62,247 nt of DNA from a virus (taxonomy: Duplodnaviria; Caudoviricetes): positions 1 through 62,247 of IMG/VR virus record IMGVR_UViG_3300036832_000189. One strand, 5' to 3'. Below are positions 53,543-62,247 of the stretch, one piece after another (positions within the stretch are counted from its first letter, which is position 1; every line of letters begins with the position of its first letter). Both the position numbers and the translations under genes were made by a program. The notes under the pieces are model-generated. The model searched no databases, had not been told where the DNA came from, and was given only the letters and a program-made list of their open reading frames with translations.

Positions 53543-54022
53543 GTGGCAATTACAATCACCATCACGAACCCGGTACCGAATGAGTCTGTACAACAGGCTA
53601 CAATTCCGGTTCTTTGTACGATCACAACTGATGCCCCTGGCGCAACGATCACGGCATCGACGGTATCCACCAATGGTGGTACCCCGCTCGGGCTCATCTA
53701 CAACGCGAGCTCAGGATTGTACTCGAAAACTGTTGCAATTCCTAATGGTGCAGTTACGTGCGTCGTCAGGGCAACAGATAGTACGAGTGCAACTCAGTCG
53801 GCAACAGTACGCTTCACGAATGGTGGAGGCGCTGCGTTACAGCCCCCACCGCTGGTCAACATAACCAGCCCTGGTGAGGGCGATGTATTTGGACAGGCAC
53901 AGCTCACAGCATCAGCAGACGTAGGGAGTCCCGTTGGTGTGGACAGCAGTAAGGTAGAAATCTCGGTAGATGGCATCAGTTGGGTGTCGATGGCTCTACC
54001 GCCACCGGGAGGTAGCGGATAG
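53543..54022 (+). CDS. Ig-like tail protein
   Basis: ITNP/ITSP..G Ig-like starts, VRATD. Confidence 0.65.
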   Translation: MAITITITNPVPNESVQQATIPVLCTITTDAPGATITASTVSTNGGTPLGLIYNASSGLYSKTVAIPNGAVTCVVRATDSTSATQSATVRFTNGGGAALQPPPLVNITSPGEGDVFGQAQLTASADVGSPVGVDSSKVEISVDGISWVSMALPPPGGSG

Positions 54023-57000
54023 TGGCAACACGCGCGGCGAACTTGGTAGGTAATCTCAGAGGCTTGACGATCCCGGCATCTGGCGTCTACGCGGGTGCAG
54101 AAGATGCAGATGCAAACAGAAACTTCACGGGCACGCTGGGTATCGAGACACAGACCGGACGACGTATGGCGATCCGACGACACCACTACTCATGGCTCAC
54201 AGTAGCTCCTGGTGGAACAGAGAATGCAGTTGCTACGCTAAGGAACCCACGCGTTCTTAGCATGGTAGGGTACAGTGGTGCTGGGAGTTTCCCAATCAAG
54301 CAGACCAATGACGGGCATGGCAGCACGCATAGTGGAGATACAGCTACGGTTGCAGGACACCAGGGCATGGATAGGATCACCGCTGGTGAGTTCGACACAA
54401 AGTATTTCATTCCATGCGCCAAGGCAGTAGCAGCTATTGGTGACCCGGTACTGGTAAACCTGTGGTATGAGTCCAACGGCTCACACAATCCGTATTGGCC
54501 TGGCTTCCAGGGGACAATAGGAACTGTACTTGGCACTAGAGGAACTGGCGAGACGACCTATGTGAATGCTTGGCGGCACGTCGTAAGTGTGTTCAGAGCA
54601 CAGGGTGCCAGCAACGCAATCTTTGTGTTTGCACAGCAGACAGTACAGAACTACGGATTCTATCAGAACTTGTGGCCTGGAGATGATGTTGTTGACGTGA
54701 TGATGGTGGATCTGTACCGCAACACGTTCAGGTCTAGGTGTCTCAACCCTGGTACCACCGGCGGTGGTGTCAACTCCCAGGATTACTACCTGTTCTCGCA
54801 GGGAACAGCTCTAACTACTGGACAAGCCACGTCGCTCAACAGGGCGCACAACGTCGCAATCTGCTTCGGCATCGCAGAGGCAGGACTGCGTGACGGTCAG
54901 GGCTACCAGGATGTAGCTGCTGCTGGCGGCGATGGTCAAACATACTACAAGAACGCAGACAACGGGAACGATGGCGTCGCCAAGCTGCAGCAGGACATGA
55001 AGGACTTCCCGAACACGTGTTTTTATATCCACTGGAACGAGCTGGGGTCACCGGCGCTGTCTGGTACGGGTAACTACATCGACAAGCCTGCCGGTGCGTT
55101 GCCACGGTACAAGGCGCTGTATAACGACTCGTACTATGGACTGTTCTACGGCGGTACGGCTGTAAATCAGCCTCCGACGTTGGTGACGGCCCCCGTGACA
55201 GACAAAAACCCCACAGTGGGGACGGCCACGACAACAACTCCGGGCACGTGGAATGGGTCGCCAGTCCCCACCGAGACATACCAGTGGCAGTCCTCGGCGA
55301 CACAGAACGGTACGTACGCGAACATCTCAGGGGCTACGTCGCAGAGCTACACGCCGGTTACAGGAGATGTGAGTAAATTCCTGAGATGCCAGGTGACTGC
55401 AGCAAACGGGGTGAGTCCGAACGGGGTGGCTGTAACAGACCCTACCAATGCCGTCGTCGCCGCAGGCACTAGCGGGGCGTTACAAACAGCGCCGACGGCT
55501 AACGTCCCCGACTACAGCAGCACCGCATGGACACCAAACAACAATCTAGCCGGTCGTGTGCATGGCATTGTTGAGCTCAATAACGTCGTCTACGTGAGTG
55601 GCGACTATGACACGGTGACAGATCCAAATGGCACGGTGCATAGCAACATGCCATATTTGTCGGCGTATAGGATGGATACGGGCGCTGCGATTGCAACGTG
55701 GCGTCCGAATCCATCCGCAACGTGTTTCAAGCTGGCATTGTCGGCTGATGGAACTAAGCTGTATGTCGGCTATGCAGGAACCACAGTGGCAGGCGTGACA
55801 CGTCATTACGTGTTTGCTGTGAACACGCTCTCTGGGCCTACAGATGCCACGGCAGCTACAGCGCAGAGCATCCTGCCAGACCTGAGCACGTTGGACGGCA
55901 CGGTCAGAAAGGTGCTGTTGGATGAGGCTAACAGCCGCGCCTGGATTTTCGGTTCCTTTACGGGCTTCGTGAAGCGACTGACACTGTCAGGAACATGGAG
56001 CATTTCCAGCGGGTTCAATCCACCTGTATTCAGCCAGGGATCTGGGTCTGCACCACCACGGTTGCATGCGGCCTTGCTAACCCACGACGGATCGAAAATC
56101 GTCATGGGCGGGGCGAACATCTCACCCACAGGGATTGCTCTCGACCCGAATACAGGACTTACTGCGAGCTGGTCATACTCACCTAGCAATACGGTACCAG
56201 GGATTTTCGACATTCAGACAACTGGTACTGTGGTCTACGTTGCCGGCGGCGATCAGAGTGGAGATATGCTGTTCTGCTGCAACGAGTCGGGTGGTGGGCC
56301 GAATGCGCTGACATTCCCGAACGGCAATACACACCAAGGCAACTGGTACCATGTGTGCGATGGCAACGTCCAGGTGATTGCACCGGACAACGCACACTCG
56401 AGGATCTACTACGGCCACCTCGGAGATAATGCGGCCACGCATATCAACAGTGGGACACTGGATCAAGTGCGGCATGGGCTCGTGACTATGCCAAGTGGAC
56501 TCACTGGTGGAGATATGTTGCCGTTTGGGCATCCACCAGATTTCACCAACCCCACTGTGGGGGGTCAAGCAACGGGGTCGCCGCAGAAGCTGTTCGCCAT
56601 GCATATTGGGCCTTCTGGTGCATTGCACGTCGGTGGAGACTTCACGGGTGTAAATGGGAGCGCCGGCAATGCGTTCCAACGATATGCACGATTTGATCCT
56701 GTAACTTCCGGCGTGCCAACAAACACGACGATTCCGACCGTAACCGCGAACAACCCCCCACAGGTGGGGGACGTTGTTACTGGGAACGATGGTACATGGG
56801 GCGGTACGCCTACAAGTTACACGAGGCAGTGGTATCGCAAGGATGCGGTTGGCAACGTTGCTAGGATCACGGGAGCTACAAGCACGACGTACACTGTGGT
56901 GACCGGGGACGTAGGCTTCCAGTTGATTTACGGTGTGAAAGCTGTCAACGGCACTGGCTCGAGTGTTGAGGCTAGAAGCAACCCAACAGCAATAGTGCCA

Positions 57001-57654
57001 TCACCGCCGACAGGAGCGCCTGCAACGCCGGTGCTTGATCCTGGGAACCTACCGGCCAACCCCACACAGGTCACAACGTTCCAGTTCACGTGGACAGACC
57101 CCGATGTGCCTGACCACTGGCGGTACAGGCTACTCACGGATGGTACGCCGGGTGCATGGACGATCACGAATTCGCAGCTCGCAAATGTGAACACGCCGGG
57201 AGGGCATACCTACCAGTTCGAGGTACAAGCTGGGAGTGCTGGAAATCAGTACAGCGCGAGCGCAACATTCCCGTGGGTGGTACAAACGCCTTTGGTAGCT
57301 GCGCCGGTGCTGACGTTCAAGCCTCTGGCGAATACCTCAGCGAAGAGCGTAGCATTCGCATGGACAGTCGCCGGTGCGGATTCTGGCTACCGATACAAGT
57401 ACGCATTCGACACGCCAGCAGGAGTAGGAACGTGGTCGTCTGTGCAGAGAGAGCCGTGTGCTGACTTCGTGGGGCCACTTGTACCAGGAGCATACAGCTT
57501 CCATGTTCAGGCCATCGACGGGACAGGGATGCCGAGTATCGTGACTGACTGGCCGTTTGTGGTTGTATTGCCTGCGGGGACAATCGCACCGGCACTTGTT
57601 CAGTATCCACCGATCCAGGATTCTGATACAACACCAACCTTCGGATGGGCATAA
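54022..57654 (+). CDS. Tail enzyme: GH26-like domain + Ig-like repeats + beta-propeller
   Basis: ITAGEFD, WYESNG, AWRHVVSVFR, WPGDDVVD, GIAEAG; YQWQ..ISGAT Ig modules; VGGDFT propeller blades. Confidence 0.82.
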   Translation: MATRAANLVGNLRGLTIPASGVYAGAEDADANRNFTGTLGIETQTGRRMAIRRHHYSWLTVAPGGTENAVATLRNPRVLSMVGYSGAGSFPIKQTNDGHGSTHSGDTATVAGHQGMDRITAGEFDTKYFIPCAKAVAAIGDPVLVNLWYESNGSHNPYWPGFQGTIGTVLGTRGTGETTYVNAWRHVVSVFRAQGASNAIFVFAQQTVQNYGFYQNLWPGDDVVDVMMVDLYRNTFRSRCLNPGTTGGGVNSQDYYLFSQGTALTTGQATSLNRAHNVAICFGIAEAGLRDGQGYQDVAAAGGDGQTYYKNADNGNDGVAKLQQDMKDFPNTCFYIHWNELGSPALSGTGNYIDKPAGALPRYKALYNDSYYGLFYGGTAVNQPPTLVTAPVTDKNPTVGTATTTTPGTWNGSPVPTETYQWQSSATQNGTYANISGATSQSYTPVTGDVSKFLRCQVTAANGVSPNGVAVTDPTNAVVAAGTSGALQTAPTANVPDYSSTAWTPNNNLAGRVHGIVELNNVVYVSGDYDTVTDPNGTVHSNMPYLSAYRMDTGAAIATWRPNPSATCFKLALSADGTKLYVGYAGTTVAGVTRHYVFAVNTLSGPTDATAATAQSILPDLSTLDGTVRKVLLDEANSRAWIFGSFTGFVKRLTLSGTWSISSGFNPPVFSQGSGSAPPRLHAALLTHDGSKIVMGGANISPTGIALDPNTGLTASWSYSPSNTVPGIFDIQTTGTVVYVAGGDQSGDMLFCCNESGGGPNALTFPNGNTHQGNWYHVCDGNVQVIAPDNAHSRIYYGHLGDNAATHINSGTLDQVRHGLVTMPSGLTGGDMLPFGHPPDFTNPTVGGQATGSPQKLFAMHIGPSGALHVGGDFTGVNGSAGNAFQRYARFDPVTSGVPTNTTIPTVTANNPPQVGDVVTGNDGTWGGTPTSYTRQWYRKDAVGNVARITGATSTTYTVVTGDVGFQLIYGVKAVNGTGSSVEARSNPTAIVPSPPTGAPATPVLDPGNLPANPTQVTTFQFTWTDPDVPDHWRYRLLTDGTPGAWTITNSQLANVNTPGGHTYQFEVQAGSAGNQYSASATFPWVVQTPLVAAPVLTFKPLANTSAKSVAFAWTVAGADSGYRYKYAFDTPAGVGTWSSVQREPCADFVGPLVPGAYSFHVQAIDGTGMPSIVTDWPFVVVLPAGTIAPALVQYPPIQDSDTTPTFGWA

Positions 57655-57655
57655 G

Positions 57656-57835
57656 GTGTCCTGGAGGAGATTCAACGGGTTGTTGGTAGTTGCAATGGTT
57701 GCCCTATGGGGTTTTGCTATGGCAACCGGCATTATCGGAAGCACCAAGTTCATCGGGCACGTGTCGATGTTAGCTTTGGTTTTGGCAGCTCTTGCAAGCT
57801 GGCGATCTGATGTTCCCACGGATTCGGAGGAATGA
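57656..57835 (+). CDS. Small two-TM membrane protein
   Basis: GTG just after upstream stop; hydrophobic. Confidence 0.6.
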   Translation: MSWRRFNGLLVVAMVALWGFAMATGIIGSTKFIGHVSMLALVLAALASWRSDVPTDSEE

Positions 57836-58143
57836 TGGACGCACACACTGAGCGGTTATATACACTGCTAGAACACCAGAGTAACTGGTCTGAGGTTCGA
57901 GCTGCGCTGTATGAGGTCGTGAATGACCCGGACTTCCATGATGCCGAAATGTACAAGCGCGTGGCAGACGTTATCGACCGTCAGGTAGCAAAAGCCGAGG
58001 TCGGTGAGCTACAGACGATGAACGACATCTATCCTGCGATGGTGCAGGTGTTGCACGCCTTGGTGTCCATGAAGGCATACGCCGACAGGAAGGACTACCA
58101 GGTAAACGTCAACTTCCTCAAGGCACTACTGGGGTCGGTGTAA
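57832..58143 (+). CDS. Hypothetical helical protein
   Basis: GGAGG RBS, coupled. Confidence 0.65.
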   Translation: MMDAHTERLYTLLEHQSNWSEVRAALYEVVNDPDFHDAEMYKRVADVIDRQVAKAEVGELQTMNDIYPAMVQVLHALVSMKAYADRKDYQVNVNFLKALLGSV

Positions 58144-61100
58144 TGGCTGTAACAACAATCGCACGAATCGCAATGGTTGGCGACGCTGGTGGAGCGTCGG
58201 CGGCCAACAAGGCAGTCGCTCAGGCAATAAGTGCATCGTTTTCAAGGTTCGTGAACGCTGGTGGTAACCTCACGAATACGTGGCTGTTTGGCAACGGAGA
58301 CATGATCTATCCGCAGTCGCAGACCACCAATGAGGCACACGTCAACGCCACGTGGTATTACAGCGGCTCACTGATTTCTCGGGCACGCACGGTAGCTACA
58401 CCAGGGAACCACGACAACGGCACGGGGAGTGGGAGCACTCCAAATATCCAGTCTTGGATCAACCAGTTCATTACGAATGCGACTGCGTCCAGGATGAACG
58501 GGTGGATCACACAGGCTGAGGGCATTCCGAACACAGATCAGTTCGTAGACATCTCTGGGGTGAGGTTCCACTTCCTGAACTCCGGTGCTGTGGAGTCTGG
58601 AAATGCAACACCGGGTTGGCCTGTACCACACACGGGTGGCTCGGTTTCGGGGAACGCCAGGGTGGCACGGCTGCGCGGAGCATGGGCACCTGGACTGACG
58701 AATGTGGTAGTCACACACCACGGCAGGTATTCGTATTACGGGAACCACCACGACAATCCCACGATGCAGAACCTCGTGAACGAGTTCATGGGGGTGAACG
58801 ACAGCTCTGGGCCTCATGGCGTATTGTGGCTATCCTGCCATGACCACAACATGCAGCTCTTCCAGCCACAAGGAGCTGCAGGGACGTTCCCTGGGGTAAC
58901 GTACCTTGTCGGTGGCGAGTGTGGCAGCGGTAACTACACACCAGCAGGGCCTGCGAGCCAAACGTCACAGAAGAGCTGGCTGCAGTTCGCCAACATCAAC
59001 TTGGCGGGCGGATTCACACAGATTGACATTCAGTCTGACGGTACGATGTTGGTGCAGTTTATAGACGGCACCAACAACAACGGCAACCTGATGACAAACA
59101 CCTCGAGCACGGGTGTAACTGGGGCAGCCAAGACAACAGTACGGTTCGCATCTACGGTGAATGCTGCGCCAACACACGGCACGCCTGTTTTGACGGATAC
59201 GACTCCCACAGTGGGCTCAACCACGACAGCAGACCCACAGCCGTCAACGTGGGATGGAACACCCGCGCCGGCGTTCGCCTACCAATGGCAAATTGCCACC
59301 GCAAGTACAGGCCCGTGGAGCAACATCAGCGGAGCTACAGGAGCTTCATATACACCTGTAAGTGGAGATAGCACCAAGTTCCTACAGTGTGTTGTCACAG
59401 GGAGCAACGCTTCTGGCTCGCTGCCCGTAGCCACCGGCGCTAGCTCTGCCGTAGCGGCCACAGCATCCGTTCCTACGGCCTCGACGCCCCGACCGAGCAT
59501 CACGGCAGGGGTGCCCGCGACGGTCGGTGTGGCGCTGGTTTGCGATCACGGCACATGGAATCCCAACGGCACCATCGACGCCTACCACTATGCGTGGGTG
59601 AGAAAATCAGCATCAGGAACGACGAATGCTATAGGTACTGATTCGACAACGTACACGCCTGTACCAGCGGATGTTGGTTTCACGATCACATGCAATGTGA
59701 CAGCTCACAATGCAAGCGGGATGTCTGCTGCCGTGAGTACAGGCTACACCGGCGCGGTGCTTTCGGCCGGCGGGAACAACGTGCAGGACAGCTTCAACCG
59801 CACGGTGGCGAATGGCCTTGGAACTGCGGACTCCGGGCATGTCTACAATATTCTGCAGGGGAATGCGAACCAGTTCAGCGTCAACGGATCAGCGATGGTG
59901 ATGGCGGCGGTAGCGGGGAATTCACCACTTGTGGACATCGCTGGCTACGATACCGCCGACGGCTTTGCCATGATGAAATTCCGGCTGATGACTGCCCCTG
60001 TGGGGGGTTTGCAGAGCACGGGGCTCGATCTACGCGTGACAGATCAGCTTACATATATGCGGTGTGTGATTGAGTACCTTCCTGGCGGCACCAACACGCT
60101 GCGGGTTGACCGGCAGAACAACAACGTCAACTTCGCTATTGGGAACAAGACGGCACTGAGTGTGTTGACCATAGGTTCATGGTACTGGTGTCGGATGGAA
60201 GTCCAGGGACAGACATACAAGGTATGGGTTTGGCCTGACGGCACCGCACAGCCTGGTACACCTACCATGACTGCCGTTGATAACGGGCAGGGAGGGCCAT
60301 CGAGCTCGTACACCTCCGTCAAGCGCGGTGTGGACGGTGGTGGATTCTGTAACGCGATGGCTGCAGATCCACTTGTGCAGGGCAGGTACCTGTTCCACGG
60401 TGATGTGTACGGCTCACACGTTTCAGACAACGGCTGTAATTCATGTTACCCGGCCATGCGTAACTCGACCTACAGGTCAAGCAACCCGTATGGACGTGCA
60501 TGTATGGGTTCCAAGAACCCACACACGCCAGGACGTGCAATCTTTGGCTCGGGTGGGTTGAAGACCAGCGACGCTAGCGGTGAGCTAGCTTATGTTGACC
60601 CGGTCAACCCATTCGACTACATCACGGCAGATACTGCGCATGGACTCGGAACAGGATTAGCCTCGGGCACGAGTCCAGCGGGTAGATCACCACGGCCTGT
60701 GGGCAGGCTGATAGATTCGATCTATGATTCAGCGAGTGGGATCGAATACATCTTCTGGCTCTCGGGCGGGAACTTGTGTCGTACAAAGAACTCAGCCACG
60801 GAGACTCCGGGCACCACAGTGGATGTGATTCCACTGGGAACCACACAGTGTTGGAGCTCACTGTGTATTCTTGATGTGTCTACGATCGTGTTCACCAGCT
60901 GGAACTACGACCTGCCGAACATGAACGCGCAGAACTCGTACATTGGCAGGGTAACAGCAGCGAACATCAAGACCGGAGCTGTAGGTACATTCACAGCGAC
61001 GCACCTGACCTCGAGTGTGCCTAACAAGTGCTACGACATCAGGACTGGTAAGGACGGACACACCTATGCGGCCTGTGACACGCAGGGTGTGTATGAGGTC

Positions 61101-62247
61101 ACGTTTGTCAGCGGTACAAGTGTTACGTTCACGCCGATCAACAGCGCGTTCTTCGACGCAAAGGTTGTATCTGTAGACGCAGCCTCGGATCGCACGCTGT
61201 GGGTAGGCCAAGCGAATGACTCTGCTGGGCCTGGTAGTGGTGACATGGGTAGTTCTATCCACGTAATTGCCAAGGGTCACTGGACAGGTTCAGTATGGAC
61301 GTGGACGTGGGCGACAACGACTGCTACTACCGACGGCACCAAGACCTACCAGGACGGCGATGGTACAACTCCCACAGGGCCAAGATGGTGGCTGTGGGGT
61401 GCATTCCCGGACATCCAGTCTGCGGGTATGGATGTGTCGGTCATCTGTGTAGATCCGTTTGATGACAACACCATCACGCTCTGTGGACGTGGTGGCGCTT
61501 GGCAGACACGCGATGCTGGCGCACATTTCTATCCGTCGATGAAGGGCTTGGGTGGCGGCGAGGCTCATAACATCAAGATCACTGGCGGCGGGCACATCGC
61601 AGCAACAGACCAGGACTACACCGGGTCTATCACGACTGACCACTACTTGACAGCCGCCAAGGGGCCAGCCCCCACAGGGGGGCATGTAGCGACTGCAGGT
61701 ATCACCTTCACGGGGCTTGACGGAGCGACCTACAAGTGGACGCCGTCCTCAACCTCCCTGGCTAACTGTACGCTGCAGCGGAACGGCGTCAACATCCACG
61801 ATAACTACATGCAGAGCGCAGCGAGGCATCCTGAGTTCATCGACGCTGACCAGGATGGATACGTGTATATTAGCCTGTTCGGTGGAGGTATTTTGACAGT
61901 CGTGCCACCCGGCTCGAGTACCTCCACCGGGCAACAGCTCACACATGGTAGTGTGGGGATCAGGTCACAAACGTTAGCTGGTAATACATCCTTGGGTGCG
62001 TTCCAGATAGATGCATTCTCGGCGGGGCCTATCGGCTCGGTACCAACTACCAACTACAGCTACAACCTGGATAGTGCAGGATGGGTGTCTACTGGGTTTG
62101 CAAAGACGGCTTCTCCGGGGACACTCGCGCCTGGTCTACACACAATGGAAGTGGAGGCTATCGACAGCGTTACCGGCACGTCTGACGAGGCGCAGTATGC
62201 GTGGATGGTGTCCGGGGTTGGGCCTTCAAGTCCCGCCATTGTAAGTG
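58143..62247 (+). CDS. N-terminal part of the 1977-aa tail protein: metallophosphoesterase, 2 Ig, lectin-like domain with inserted GH74-like propeller
   Basis: Hand-translated with no stop to the window end; VGD, GDMIY, PGNHD, THH, CHDH motifs. Confidence 0.88.
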   Translation, partial: MAVTTIARIAMVGDAGGASAANKAVAQAISASFSRFVNAGGNLTNTWLFGNGDMIYPQSQTTNEAHVNATWYYSGSLISRARTVATPGNHDNGTGSGSTPNIQSWINQFITNATASRMNGWITQAEGIPNTDQFVDISGVRFHFLNSGAVESGNATPGWPVPHTGGSVSGNARVARLRGAWAPGLTNVVVTHHGRYSYYGNHHDNPTMQNLVNEFMGVNDSSGPHGVLWLSCHDHNMQLFQPQGAAGTFPGVTYLVGGECGSGNYTPAGPASQTSQKSWLQFANINLAGGFTQIDIQSDGTMLVQFIDGTNNNGNLMTNTSSTGVTGAAKTTVRFASTVNAAPTHGTPVLTDTTPTVGSTTTADPQPSTWDGTPAPAFAYQWQIATASTGPWSNISGATGASYTPVSGDSTKFLQCVVTGSNASGSLPVATGASSAVAATASVPTASTPRPSITAGVPATVGVALVCDHGTWNPNGTIDAYHYAWVRKSASGTTNAIGTDSTTYTPVPADVGFTITCNVTAHNASGMSAAVSTGYTGAVLSAGGNNVQDSFNRTVANGLGTADSGHVYNILQGNANQFSVNGSAMVMAAVAGNSPLVDIAGYDTADGFAMMKFRLMTAPVGGLQSTGLDLRVTDQLTYMRCVIEYLPGGTNTLRVDRQNNNVNFAIGNKTALSVLTIGSWYWCRMEVQGQTYKVWVWPDGTAQPGTPTMTAVDNGQGGPSSSYTSVKRGVDGGGFCNAMAADPLVQGRYLFHGDVYGSHVSDNGCNSCYPAMRNSTYRSSNPYGRACMGSKNPHTPGRAIFGSGGLKTSDASGELAYVDPVNPFDYITADTAHGLGTGLASGTSPAGRSPRPVGRLIDSIYDSASGIEYIFWLSGGNLCRTKNSATETPGTTVDVIPLGTTQCWSSLCILDVSTIVFTSWNYDLPNMNAQNSYIGRVTAANIKTGAVGTFTATHLTSSVPNKCYDIRTGKDGHTYAACDTQGVYEVTFVSGTSVTFTPINSAFFDAKVVSVDAASDRTLWVGQANDSAGPGSGDMGSSIHVIAKGHWTGSVWTWTWATTTATTDGTKTYQDGDGTTPTGPRWWLWGAFPDIQSAGMDVSVICVDPFDDNTITLCGRGGAWQTRDAGAHFYPSMKGLGGGEAHNIKITGGGHIAATDQDYTGSITTDHYLTAAKGPAPTGGHVATAGITFTGLDGATYKWTPSSTSLANCTLQRNGVNIHDNYMQSAARHPEFIDADQDGYVYISLFGGGILTVVPPGSSTSTGQQLTHGSVGIRSQTLAGNTSLGAFQIDAFSAGPIGSVPTTNYSYNLDSAGWVSTGFAKTASPGTLAPGLHTMEVEAIDSVTGTSDEAQYAWMVSGVGPSSPAIVS
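62035..62247. repeat. Terminal direct repeat, copy 2
   Basis: Matches 1-213. Confidence 0.97.

Noticed and set aside
1-62247. Stop-codon reassignment, introns or inteins
   Set aside because: Core genes are full length in the standard code with normal sizes and no splicing motifs seen.

Overview
The window looks like a complete, circularly assembled ~62.0 kb tailed-phage (siphovirus) genome. Bases 1-213 repeat at 62035-62247, giving a unit length of 62,034 bp. I found no integrase, repressor, tRNA or CRISPR array, so the phage appears lytic. The host is probably a soil actinobacterium, possibly Thermoleophilia-like; this is inferred from the Rpf domain, Ig-like modules and endolysin style. 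Two arms diverge near 30.9 kb. The rightward arm runs TerS, an appendage cluster, TerL, a Mu-like head module (DUF935 portal, protease/scaffold, capsid), tail genes with a -1 frameshifted chaperone, large enzyme-bearing tail proteins and lysis genes. The leftward arm runs many small early genes, a secreted Rpf, an SNF2 helicase, a Cas4-like nuclease/Sak4/SSB module, primase-helicase, UDG-PolA and RuvC. Highlights: (1) a 1977-aa tail protein largely missed by the ORF track because it crosses the contig junction (metallophosphoesterase, Ig, lectin with an inserted propeller, tail hub); (2) a stand-alone Rpf whose signal peptide can only be translated from a non-canonical ATC start or via a frameshift, behind a structured leader; (3) three clan GH-A glycosidases, one with nested domain insertions; (4) a family of covarying intergenic hairpins plus an Arg-rich peptide in the early region; (5) several candidate cis-regulatory RNAs. 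All family names come from motif recognition by eye; no database search was run.
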